DNA of 64,000 nt from Epithemia pelagica (lineage: Eukaryota; Protista; Bacillariophyta). Below the pieces are notes generated by a model. That model did not search any database. It saw only the letters and a list, made by a program, of their open reading frames with translations, and was not told the DNA's origin. A program made the position numbers and the translations under genes. Each line of letters opens with the position of its first letter. The first letter of the stretch is position 1. Location of the stretch: assembly GCA_946965045.2 (NCBI GenBank), contig OX337237.1, positions 1,798,001-1,862,000 of the forward strand, given 5' to 3'. Below are positions 19,254 to 31,232 of this stretch, piece after piece.

Positions 19254-22123
19254 ATGTCTTACCTCGGTTTAAAACCAATGCCTCGAAGGCACCGAATCAC
19301 GGATTGGCAGCAAGACAAAAGCCAAAAAAACCTCCAAGTTGGATTCCATCAGCCGATCGAGGTGGTCGCTCGCGCCGTTGTCGACAAAACACAAGACGAC
19401 AACAAGACATTGACCACTTTCTGGCCATCTCAGACCTGTAGACAACGTAATTAAATAAAGATGGTTAGTAGGTCATCCTCTGGTGCTGTGCAATCGTTTG
19501 CAGCAGCACAAAGTGCTGCAAGAGCAGCAATGGGCCCTCAGTCGCAACGACTGGGCAACTTGTACAGTCGACTCCCCGTTCGACGCGGACAACGACGCTC
19601 TGGTTACCAAACACTTACCAGGGTTGTGGAGTTTCAACAAGAGATTGATTGTTGTGTGTGTTGAGCCAAACACAACAACCTCCCCATACCACACAGAGCC
19701 CACCACATGCTCTGCCCACTCAACAAGAAAACAAAAGGAAAGCCACACAAGACAAACGAACTGGGAGAGATCAAGAGACTGGTGGACAAAGCAGCCAAGG
19801 AGAGGGAAAGAAACAACAAACAACCATTGTCTGAAGCTGAAAAGCACAGACCAGGAATCACCATGGAGGACTGGGAGGACTTCATGAAGCCGCGTCCGAA
19901 TACGGCCAAAAAGTATTGAACCCAGTAAAGTCGTTGACAGGTGAGGAGTTGGCAGAAGAGAGAATGGGCGAAATCACCAACGGTCATAGTGTGACAGAGA
20001 CGAGGATGTCGGCCGAACATTTCAAAAATGAAATATTACATAGGGTTTCACACGGTACATTCAACGGTATCACGTGTCCCAAGACGATGCATGCGCTTGC
20101 TGCATTTATACAAGACACGTGCCTCGGGGCCAAGCGTGATACGGGTATCTTATCGAATTTTTTCGATGGTATGGAATTTTGTGTACCGACATGCGCGAAC
20201 AACACTTGTGCCTTGTACGACTCGTTTTCTCGGCAGAAACTCTTGGTTGTGGATTGGGAACTCTTCTTTCCTGGAGAAGAACTCTCTTGTCCTAGTTGTA
20301 ACGGCAAACTTCAGCGTACATGGACAAACTTTTCTGAAAAAAAGTGTGTTTTCCCCCTTTTCGGAATAAATGGTCCCCCACGCTATGCCATCGTCATGCA
20401 CCACCGACGCTCGGCATGCAAAACATGCTTCCAAGGGAATGAGGGGCGAATTGGCAAAACTTCCACCCTGGATCGCCATGGCGTACCCTGTCGAGCCCAA
20501 ATATGCAAAGGGAATGGCACACGTGATAAAAGAAGCAACACATCTATTTGATGAGCTAATGGTTACCCATGGCAATGGCGATCTGTGCTCAAAGCAAATA
20601 TACAGTGGTATAAACAAAGATTACGAGGACAGACAAATGAGGTACTATTCCTTTTGCGTCTCAACTGGGCAAAAAAGTGAGGACTATCCTAAAAAGGATG
20701 GTGAATGGCTGGTCACCTTTCCTCCACAAGGTGACACCATCCGACAACTCTATGATGCTGCTTGCAACTGTGACTGGAACTGGTGGGGTTTGTCAGACCA
20801 CGACAGACAAACAAGGGAAATACAAATGGTAAAGTGTGAGGGTACCTTTGCATACGACCATACTTTCCAGGCGGTCAGGAACTACCCCTCAGCCTGCAAG
20901 GCCAAGGCAGTCTGGGATGTTACCACAGAGAAAGGACAGATTGCATGTGCCATCCTTGTCAAAACAACAAGAATCAAGGAGGCTAGCCATGCAGCTGAAC
21001 AGCTAGCACGTCGCGAATCCTTCAAGCCCAAGGCCCTCTACTCCGACACATGGCCATGCTTGGAAGGATACTGGGCATTGATACTTGGGGAAGAAACTGC
21101 AAGTAAAGGTCGGCTTGGTCTATTCCACTTTATGCAACGAATCACCAAGACCATGCGACCACGACACATCGACTTTCCGAGGGCCCTGCGTGAATTGAAA
21201 ATGAAATTATATGAGTACAATGATGAAGACATGAACAATGTCATTGAGGCATTGAAGGCGGGGACATTGTCCAACAGCAAAAAGCAATACACAGAGAGTG
21301 AGATTAGTGACTTGCTCAATTCACCAGAGTTTGGACGGGATACGAAAAATACGTACGGAAAACAATTCGGTCAAAGGAATGCATCATTGTCAAACTTGAA
21401 GAATTCAAGATAAACTTCAAGGTGACAGCGTCCCCTGACAAACCGGCCGCAAGAGGAAGATGCGACCCACGGACAAACCAGCCTCTCTTTACAGAGGACA
21501 CTCATCAGGCTATAGGAAATTGCAAGGACAAAGCGCAGTATTTGTCAGATCCATTTCCTGTAGAAGAAATGTACGTGACAATCCCACCGAACAAAAATGC
21601 AAGACATGACTTACCTGAGTACTTGGGAGTGCGAGGCGAGTCAAAGCTAGAAAGTTTTCATGACAATCTGGCGCATTTTGGAAATTGTGGGATGCGTGAG
21701 AGTTTGGCCGACAACCTGAATCTATGCGGTACCACACGTTACAATCTTACCATTCGTTACAAGTTTCATTTACTCGGAATGAGCGCTGATGAGCGTACAG
21801 CCATGCCATCTGGATGGGAAGCTGTGGTTCCAGTGTGGAACCACACTAAACTGAAGTTCATCAACACGATGGCTTTTAGGTCTGGGTCAAAAGAACAGTT
21901 CGAATGGGTGGAGGACTTACCAGAAGATAACGGTGAGCGCTTCTTCTCTGAATACTTGGTGCAACAAGAGAAGCGTGAGAAAGAAATACCAGAGGACAAG
22001 CCAGAGGACAAAGTGCTGCGAAGTTCCAAAGTCGTGAAGGAGGACTCAGAAATAGCTCCTGGGGAGGTAGCGCCATGGTGGATGTGCCGGGCCGTTGGGA
22101 AGTCTCAGCGGCCGGAGCGGTAG
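19254..22123 (+). pseudogene. Dada/DUF6729-like DDE transposase, frameshifted
   Basis: CPSC zinc motif, YDHTF (~20855), YSDTWP (~21040), RLGLFHFMQRI (~21115), RGESKLESFH (~21632). Stop at 19917, frameshifts at ~20446 and ~21331. Confidence 0.55.
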
Positions 22124-22272
22124 TGGTGGTAGCCGCTGGGGAAGCGTCCGAAGGCCTCGAAAGATTACGTTACAAGGTCTGGGAGGCTCCAGGGTCGGTA
22201 GTAGCCGTCGCAGGCTGGAAAAACTGGATTGCAATGAAGCAGCACCAGCAGGAGGGTCCAAATGACTGGGGT

Positions 22273-22470
22273 GGAGGCAGTAATAGTGCGGGAGGAGCGA
22301 CGATTGGCCACGGTGAAGGTAGCCGCAGAAGGTAGGGGGTGGAGGCAGTAGCAGTGCGGGAGGAGCAAAGATTGGCCACGGTGAAGGTAGCCGCAGAAGG
22401 TAGGGGGTGGAGGCAGTAGCAGTGCGGGAGGAGCGACGATTGGCCACGGTGAAGGTAGCCGCAGAAGGTA
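22273..22470. repeat. 68-bp tandem repeat x3
   Basis: Units start at 22273, 22341 and 22409. One unit is 69 bp in the duplicate near 63205. Confidence 0.95.
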
Positions 22471-22618
22471 CATAGAAAAAGGTACTAAAGGACTATAGAG
22501 CTATAGAGTAGGCTGCAAAGATGCGCAGTCGTTGAGAAGCCCGATCACATGATCAACACCGCAATAAAATAAACGCTCACTCCGTGACTTTTTGCAAATT
22601 GTTACACTCGAAAGCTGA

Positions 22619-23703
22619 TCACTGGAAAGGCCTCACAAAGAACTCTTGCGACCCGAGTCCACAAGCTCCCGTTTCAATGTATTTCTTCTTCTTGACATGC
22701 TTCAAATTCTTGCGGATGAACTGCGAAATGTCTAGCATCTGGTGATTAGTTGTTTGTTGATTGCCATTGCGAAGGTATTGCAGATAGTGCTGTAGTATAT
22801 CTACATCCGCTCCGCGGAGTGGGGAGGCACGAGAAGGGGCTATTGACTCCGAGAAGGGCAATAGCTCCGAGAAGTGGACCGCCTTCTAAATCCGCGTCAG
22901 CGGATTTGGCGGTCCACGACGAGGAGCTATTGCCCGCCGAGGAGTCAAAAGCCCCGACAAGTGCCCCCACGACCAGGAGGGGATGTCGCTTGCTTCTATA
23001 ACCTCCGAGTCCCCCCCAATTAACTGTCACACTTTTTTCCCAGGACTGTTTTTTTTGCTCTGCACTAGCTTTTTTGCACCGCACTTGCTCGCGTATGAGA
23101 GCGCGGCCGTCGTGGGCAATATAAGGCTATATTAGCCGAAAATCCTACTTCCATTCCGAGGAGCTATAGTAGCAGAACACTGGCATGCAGACAACAGATT
23201 CCAGATTTCTGTTTACGAATAACAAGATAGTTGTTGATTGCTTCTTCTTCAAAGAAAAGCCACGAGAACTCAATCAATGGAATGTTTACAGCTCCTTTGT
23301 CCTCCTCACTTTTCATATCTCTAATTTTTTCGACGAAGCCGTCAAATTTGTTTTGAAATGTGGTGGTGTAACGACCAGTGTTGTGATTGCGCGATGGCCT
23401 CCAACTGAAGTCCTCGGACATGAGGCGTTTGGCACAAAGCCGTTGTGCATCATTTAGGTCCTCCCAATTCAAACCAAGCCCTGTTACGAATTGTTCTGCC
23501 AGTCTTGTGCACTCTTCAAAGGACATGGTTGGTTGATTTGAAGGTACCATAGGTGTCTCACTTTGAGGCGTATCAGTGGAGCTTGTGGTGGAAGAGAGGG
23601 TGAGCTGGGGCGTGGGGCGAATGCGCACAGTGGCCGGAGATTCAAATGTCGTAATCATAGAGGCGGGTTTGTGGTCTTCTTGTGTTGACATGCTGTCCAA
23701 CAC
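22619..23703 (-). pseudogene. Papain-like cysteine-peptidase-type ORF split by a 374-bp insertion
   Basis: Removing 22796-23169 plus one TAG joins RKQKSGICCLHASVLL to QHYLQYLRNG in frame. Q...C is the papain-like oxyanion/nucleophile spacing. The His/Asn half is not seen. Confidence 0.45.
22796..23169 (+). mobile_element. Small non-coding structured insertion element (hairpin element A)
   Basis: TAG on both sides (22793-95, 23170-72). 184-nt foldback at 22803-22986 with four 5x5 internal loops. Interrupts an ORF cleanly. Confidence 0.8.
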
Positions 23704-23859
23704 TGAAATAAAATGAATGAATGAATGAATGAATGTGATGGCTCTTCAGCTTGTTCAGGCGTGGCTGATCTGCAATGACACAATTGTCTTGTCAGATCCA
23801 TAGAATGCTTTGCCCTTTTCACCACACACCTGGTAGTTCATAACCTGGGACCTGGGACA

Positions 23860-24800
23860 TCTCGAGGTTTATGATCAGTCCATTGATGTTCCCATTTTTC
23901 TTGTCCGGGGGCTGTACAGCAGCTTCATCATAGTAGCCTGATATCCAAACGTATAGACCACAGAATGTTGGGCTTGATGCAACTTCAAGTGCTTGATGGC
24001 TCTTGAAAGAATTTTCTGATTCTTTGCCAAGTGTTTGAATCTCTTCCATCCAGGTTCCTTCAGCAGATCATTCCTTTTTGCATATACTGCACATGTCACT
24101 GGATCATCAGATGCAATGAGGTTGAGTGGTTCATCTGTGATCTCCTCAGTCTCCTATAGGACATGAACACTGTAGGTAAAACCTTGATACATAGGATCTC
24201 CAGGTTTGAAGGGGCCTTGATGTCCAATGATATGTTGTAAGTGGAGTAGACCATCATAAGCTGGTTGTAGGAGATGTTGGAAGTGGAGTAGACCATCATA
24301 AGCTGGTTGTAGGAGACATATGTTCTACTCGACCTTGTCCAATATCAAGTTGGAAGTTGATTTTCTCTGGAATCTGTAACCCTTGCTTGCAGTTCAGATG
24401 GATTATCCTCATGATGAGATGAATGTCTTTGGCTTGGAATGAGGAGATGACTCCCCACCATCTGATGACAAAGAAGCAGTCTGTGCAAAGATCTTGTTGA
24501 GAGTATCTTCATCGCACCCATCAAAGAAAGATGAAGATTCAAAACATCGCGAGGCTCCTTCTTGAAGTCATGCTTGTGTGTTCAGGTAGGCAATGACAGG
24601 TTCATGATAACGGCCGAGGTGATCCAGATGATGACCAGGAATCATGCTGTGGAGGATCAGGGGCCGATGAAGGAAAACCATGTGAGTCACAATTTGGATC
24701 TCCATAATCCAATACAGAAGGGGCCAACACTTCCCAGTCCTCATGTGTTGGCCCACCACATGAGGACTGGGAAGGACCAGTTCAGGCTCAGGGTTGTGAA
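23860..24800 (-). mobile_element. Degraded CoDi-type Copia pol relic
   Basis: EPLNLIASDDPVTCAVYAKRNDLLKEPGWKRFKHL...YTFGYQ is homologous to element 1 pol. Includes a 43-bp local duplication at 24241-24317. Confidence 0.75.
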
Positions 24801-26183
24801 GTAACGATATACATGATAGTGAATGGACTTAGCTACTTTCAAGTACTATTAAATTTTATTGATGACTTTACTTACTGATTAGCAAGTCATTGTGACAGTT
24901 ACAGTGAATTTACTTACTGACTTTTATGTCTACTATCCATAGTTCTAGACTTCAACTAGAATTAAATCATCAAGTCAACCATAATGGAATTTGACTTTGA
25001 CTTTAATGCCAAATTCCCTATAATTCCCTATTAATTCTTTGACTTACATTGTTCAAGTCATACCAACTTAAGTCACTCAGTGCCATTCCCTATCAGTGCC
25101 ATTCCCTATTAATTCTTTGACTTAAGTTGTTCAAGTCATACCAACTTAAGTCACTCAATGCACTGCGCCACCAACTGTGCACTGTGCACTACTGGTTAAG
25201 AAAGCAACCGCAGTGCTTCTATACTCTTCACTCTGCATCACTCTGCACTCTTCTGCACTCTGCACCATGCACATCTGCACCTCTCTCTAAAAACACTTTG
25301 TGCAATCCAGATTCCAAATGGACCAACAATGGGTTGCGTATGCATGCCCAAAAACAACATTCTATTTGAATTACAATGTCGACACATACTTCACCACTAT
25401 ACTTCACTGTCCCTATTCCCATGTCAGATTCATAGAAGATGAACTTGAAGGACATCTCTGAGACAAGAGGAATAAGCAGATGACAAAGACAAAAGGTTAT
25501 TGGAGACCATTACCAATATTCTTATCAGTTGGCTTATCTGTTCAAAGAAGACAGTAACCATCAAGCAAGTCAATACCTTCAAGTCGAGGACACATATCTG
25601 CAAAGTGAGTAGCATTCCTTCCAACGAGTCCATCGAGCAAATTGCACAAGCTTTCATCCAAGCAATGACTTGAGATGGATTGGCCTACTCAATCAACACT
25701 GAATGTCCAGACAATACCAATCCATGTCTAGAGATTTTTTGTTGGCCAACCTTCCAATGCCAAGAATGCTCCACAAACAATATTCTACATTGTGCTGATT
25801 TTGCACTGGGACAACGAGACATTTGTCAACTCCCTCTGTTTGCTTCGCCAATAATGTTTTGGATGATTCGATCAAACTGTCGGTTTGTTGTCCAAACCCC
25901 AATCCCACATTACCAGGAAGTTCCTCTTTTCATGTTTCTCCCCGACACTCTTTCCCCCTTCATTGATCTTCTGACAGAAGAAGTGTCCTCCCTAATCCAT
26001 GAACACGACAACAAACCAATTTCCATTCAGGCATCTACCGCCACTCAACCAAACTCATTTCCATCTCGCATTTGCAAGATAAAAGCACCACTGAACATTT
26101 CCTTGTTCCACCCGTATTCTACACAGACACATACGTAACAAATGGCTTAATTAATTCGTTTTGATTCTCGAGACAATTGCCAT

Positions 26184-26830
26184 ATGCCTGGCGAGCCACC
26201 GATACTATTACCAATTCACAATGAAAATCTCCCACCCCTTCTACCAATGGATACTGAAACGAAGAAGAAACAACTCAATCTTCTACCCAGTCTTCTCAGT
26301 TTCCGTGACCACCTTCACACTACAAGAATTGGAAACGATGGATGGACGATTGCCTCGAAAATCCATCTACTGCAATTGATTCTCAATCACAACAACCAGG
26401 CAGAGCTTTTATGTGCTTGCTCATCATCCAGTACATCAGATACTCAACTCGGCAAAATCATGCCACGCCTATTCTCCATTGGCTTACGCCTATTCTCCAT
26501 TGGCTTAACTTCTGCGACGGCCTGTCTTGATATCGCCATACAATACGACGTGAATACGTTCTGTGCTTTAATTTCCTATGTTGGTCGATACTACCATAAT
26601 GCCGAAAGAATCGTGAACTGTGCTGATTATTTCAGTCAAGAACACGATGGCAAGATTTCTCTTAAAATTTGTGCCAAACAATTCCAACGATTGATTGGAA
26701 TTGGCCACAAGACTGCTATGATTGTTCTCTAGTCTGCTTTTGATCGTGATGAAGGAATTCCGTGCAACATATTTCGGTGGTGTTTTCAATTGGAATGGAC
26801 GCACGGTTATGAGATGGAGAGCGATGCTTT
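26184..26830 (+). pseudogene. Endonuclease III-like (HhH-GPD) glycosylase fragment, copy 1
   Basis: SSSTSD, GRYYHNAERI, LIGIGHKTA (HhH with the lyase Lys). Stop at 26730, then AFDRDEGIP. A 21-bp duplication gives RLFSIGL twice. Confidence 0.65.
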
Positions 26831-27553
26831 GCGGTGTTCAAAACTTCTGATATCATGGATTCCGCAGTCTATGTGAAAGTTGATCAATCCATTATTTGGT
26901 TCGTTGGGCCAGAATCCAACAAAACTCGCCCCTTTGTCGTATCTTCAGTCCACTCGTACTCTGAAACACATGCTGACAACCATGTGAAGGACTTGATACC
27001 CATGATGGCCAACATATATCAACGAGCAGTTACATAGCAGTAAAATGGCAACATCTGGATTTCAAATGGGATATGAATAGAGAAAGACACTCCAAGGCAG
27101 CATGAGGACTCGTGGAAAGGGACAAAAGAAGGCAACGTTCAGAGAACATGTCCCCTATGCTGTTTTTGTGCCCCTGAGGGAGGAAGGAATGGTTTTAGAG
27201 TTGTGGCAGCAGTTGGGTGACGTGGGGTTGGGCGTGGTCAAATTGGTGAGCGGCCCACAAGAGTTGCCCTCCAAGTGGGCCTCGAAGGAGGAACGGGCTG
27301 AAGCCGGGGGGAAATTACGGGGACGAGTCCTCATTGGAAAGGACGGTGTTAAGAAAGAACACAACGTGATGGAAAAAACATCTTAAATTGAGTGCAGGAG
27401 AGGCCGTAGGGAGGGAGACGACCCTCCGGAGTTAGTGTAAAGATTTTGGATCATCGAGATGGAGGGTTTGTCTGGCATTGATGCAGAAAGTTAGGAGAGC
27501 TTTGCACGTGGCCTCGGCGTGTAAGAACATTTGGGCAAAGTCGAATAGAAAGG

Positions 27554-27796
27554 GTGCTACAGGATAGCATGAAGCTTCAAGAGCAGAGGCGAGGAGGTCG
27601 TCGGCACTCTGTGAAGTTTGTTGGGTACATAATCGATACCCCAGCTCTTACGGTCACTTGGCCGCTCCACAAAAGGCGCCCGCTCTCCCTTTACATTCAG
27701 AACATTCTGGATCTTCCCGCCACTCCTCAGGGCGGTCGGAGTCTCTTGCATTGGTATTTACTTCACGCTTTGGAGTTGGCTAGGGTTTTGAGATGA
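27554..27796 (+). mobile_element. Possible RT fragment of a DIRS/Ngaro-like retroelement
   Basis: VKFVGYIIDTPALTVTWPLHKR resembles the RT motif-7 region; nothing else is recognisable. Confidence 0.35.
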
Positions 27797-28381
27797 TGAT
27801 GGTAGACCGGCTAATGGTGTATTCATACGGCATATACATCGGTATTGGTCCTTTGATTGGCAAAAGAAGAACTTTCCGGCCCTGGATGTATTCATTGCTT
27901 CCCCATCTGAGCCAGTACCTTCCTCATCTGATCCTCCTCTTCCATATGGCATCTGATGCAGACAGGATAGTACAAAATTATTGTCAATGTAGTCCATTGT
28001 GAAAGCCTTCTTTTTCTTTTTCTTGTGCTTGCTGACATGAATGTCAGCAGGAATACCGTCAACACGGTCAAAGGCAGCTTCAAGAATAATGCAAGCCGTT
28101 TTATATCCATTCCCAATTAAGGTTGTCAACTCAAAGATTGTTAAGTCCGGGGGAATAGTACCGTTGTATTTCTGTTGAAAATATTTGGCAGCATTGACAA
28201 TGCGCTCGGTGTTTTTGTAGTAGCGGCCAGACTCGGACAGAAGAGAGCACATCGCATCCATGCTGTAGTTATCATCAATTTCTGAAACAGGAGCTGCTGA
28301 AGTCATTCCGCAATCAAACAGCCGTGGTATAATCATGCTAAGTTGAACGTCAGAAGTGCTGGAGCTCATGCAAATTGTCAT
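27758..28381 (-). pseudogene. Endonuclease III-like (HhH-GPD) glycosylase fragment, copy 2
   Basis: SSSTSD, GRYYKNTERI, LTTLIGNGYKTA, GIPADIHV (Lys and Asp retained). Homology is lost after DIHV. Confidence 0.7.
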
Positions 28382-28586
28382 GAAGCATGTAGAGACACTT
28401 TTGACTCATCGTTGTGGTGTCCGCTCTATCATGTGTAAACGGACAGGAACAAGCATGCTTCGCATGCATGACACAAATCAGCATTCTACATGCACGCATC
28501 CATCATTCGACACATATCGAGACGCATTTGACTCGCTGTGGTTGTGGTGTCACGCATGTTGTCGCCTGTATAGAAATGAATGATAG

Positions 28587-29303
28587 AGTTAAGACATAGC
28601 GAAATATCACCATGCTAGGAACTCTAGCCCACATAGTCAAGGTAGATACCCTGGCATATCTAGTCGTCCTGTTTGAGTCATAAGATGAAGATTCGAGTGA
28701 CGAAAGATACGAAGAAGATGCCACCGCGCTCTCTGGGTTCTCTTCGTCACACTTCCGAATCCATCGATCTAAGTCTTCAACATCAGGGCACTAATAATAT
28801 TATTTCCGTTCGGAAGCGACGTGTGTGCTAGGGGTTAAGTGTCGCCTGTCGACCGAACCCACGCCCTTCGTCCACATTTAGAAGAAATCACTCTAACACA
28901 TATGTAAGCTGCACGATAGACTTAGAGACAGAACATCCGATCCATAGATAAGCCAATACGGAAATTGAATCCTAGATAGTGGACTTACATGGTCGAATGT
29001 AGCTGATGAAGTGGCCTTTGGCGCCACATCATTCAGGATCATTGAAGAACGATCCTAGGGATGAAGTTCCAAGAAATCATTCCTGGAACGATCATCAAGT
29101 AAACAATACAATCTAGAAATAAACTCACTCTTTTATAAAACAAGAAAGTTGCAAGCAACCTTCCTGTAAGAGCATCTAGATTTAGATACGAAGGTGAGGG
29201 CCCCATCGTCGTACTACATCTAGAGCTACAAGAGAGAAAAACTAACACATCGATCTGCACCTAGTTTTATCTCCCAGTTAGACAAGAGCTGATACTCTTA
29301 AGT
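28587..29303 (+). repeat. 5' LTR of element 2 (717 bp)
   Basis: AGTTAAGA...TCTTAAGT. Confidence 0.95.
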
Positions 29304-29759
29304 GGTTATCTTCGCCCAAGAGAGATTGACTATCTACGCAACCTCTGAAGACAAGTCTAATTGTTGTATCACGAACGACAAAGACGGACCTTCCTGCACC
29401 CGAGTGCAACCAAGCTAGCTTTGAAAAGGGGACACCAAGTTTGTCACCCGACTCGAACTCACCACGGCCGACGAAGTATCCCCAACCTCGTCTGGACCGG
29501 GTAGTTTCGATTGGATCTCCAAGTTTGACAAAACCGAGGCCTCTCTTGACGAAACAACAGAGCCCCAGGCCGTTGACCCTGCTCCATACCAAGCAGAGGA
29601 CCAACCTTCTCCGCGACGAAGTGAATTGTTGGATCGTGCGCAAGACCAGCAACGACCACCTCGTCCACGACCACCACCGTTGATTGTTGAAACTCCACCC
29701 AAGGAAGAAGCAAAGGATAACAAATCATCCAACAACAGCGGAAAAGACAACAAAACAAA

Positions 29760-31230
29760 AATGGGAGACCAAGGAGAGCCAACCACAGTCGTCTTCATGC
29801 CCGACAAACCCACAATGGGCGGGCAGATCCAAAGCAAATACAATGAGTTTGTTCCCTGGACAGGCGGAAAGCCAAAAGCAGATTGGAGCGGGTTAGATGA
29901 CAGTGCTTCAACATCTCCTCTTTGAGCCGGACTCCAAGTAAGAACACTTACCGACAAGAAACTTTCGGAGAGAATCACCGGCCCAACGGAGAAGTTTGAC
30001 AAGAACACCGGAGACTTCTCCCGTCTCCAAGACGACATCGTCAAGCACCTCGAGCAACATGGCATGGACACCATTGCCTATCTCCCAAATCCATCTGAAC
30101 CAACCGAAATGCTCCATATCGTCGTCGACCATCCCAAATTTACAAACACCAAAGTTCGTGAGACAATGGCAATCCAAATGAAGAAATACGATAAGTATGA
30201 TCTCAGTAACGACGCATCGGCACGAGATTACTTACTTGATTCATTGGAGAAGACCTTCTGCCGCGACGTCGAAGATAAGAGTCGCGATGCAAAATCCTTC
30301 CCGGAACTTTTTATGATAATCGTAAGGATTATCACGGACGACTCCATCGAACACTGGGAAATTATCAAGCGCGAAATGCGCGCGCTAGTGCCCCACAAGT
30401 ATCCAGGACATGACATCACACTCATGACCAAGGAATTTGCGACCAAAGCGCGAACTTTGCGCGCAGCCGGACTCTATGATCACAGCCTCATGGCTAGCCT
30501 CTCCAAGAATTTCTACATGGCCGGAGACACCCAAGTTTGCCATCTTGCTCTTGAACCAGCGAGTCCAAGATGCCGTCGACAGTATCCGTTTCCTAGATCA
30601 GTCGGCAGCGGACTCCTATATGGCTACACATAAGCTCCTGTACACCCATGTCATCGAAGAGCTAAACTCAAAATATTTGATTAGCCTAAAGCAAGGAGAG
30701 TGGCCCGCCAAATCCTCCCATCACGACTCCAAAGCCGTTCCCACCTCTTTTGGAGCCCACAAGCATCCGTCACTATGACACCCAACAACAAATCCAACAA
30801 CAAGGACAGCTGGACCACCGCATCCATCAATGCTCTCATCCAGACTCTCCAATCCGCCTCGGGAACCCATGGCTCCAAGTCGACTCCCATCAGCGGACCA
30901 CGCGGGAATACGAAGAACAACCGTCGCGAAAAGGGGACGAACAACACCAACCCAAAGAAAAACAACAAAAACAATAAAAACAAGTTCGCATCCACTCGTT
31001 CTTCCACCAAACCCCAAGATTGGCGTTCCATTCCACCCAAAGCTGGGGAACCTGAAACCAAAATTGTCCCAAAATTGTCGATGGCATCAAACACTACTGG
31101 TGTGCCAAGTGCACCCGTTGGAATCTCACTCACACCACGAGTAAGCATATTGTTGGGTATAAAAAGGGAAACAAGTCCCATACTCCCACAGCCCATCACC
31201 TCGAAGTCGACGCCGGAGCATGGACTGTTG
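29760..31230 (+). pseudogene. gag: gag of element 2 (stop at 29923, frameshifts)
   Basis: WTGGKPKADWSGL, HGMDTIAYLPNP, YDKYDLSNDASARDYLLDSL; collinear with gag of element 3. Confidence 0.85.
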
Positions 31231-31232
31231 AA

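Noticed and set aside
14880-22620. tRNA/snRNA target remnants expected around a Dada-like element
   Set aside because: No A/B-box or snRNA-like sequence recognised at either side.
24800-25160. AT-rich region with ~80-bp and 16-bp local duplications
   Set aside because: Ordinary slippage duplications with no termini or coding signal.
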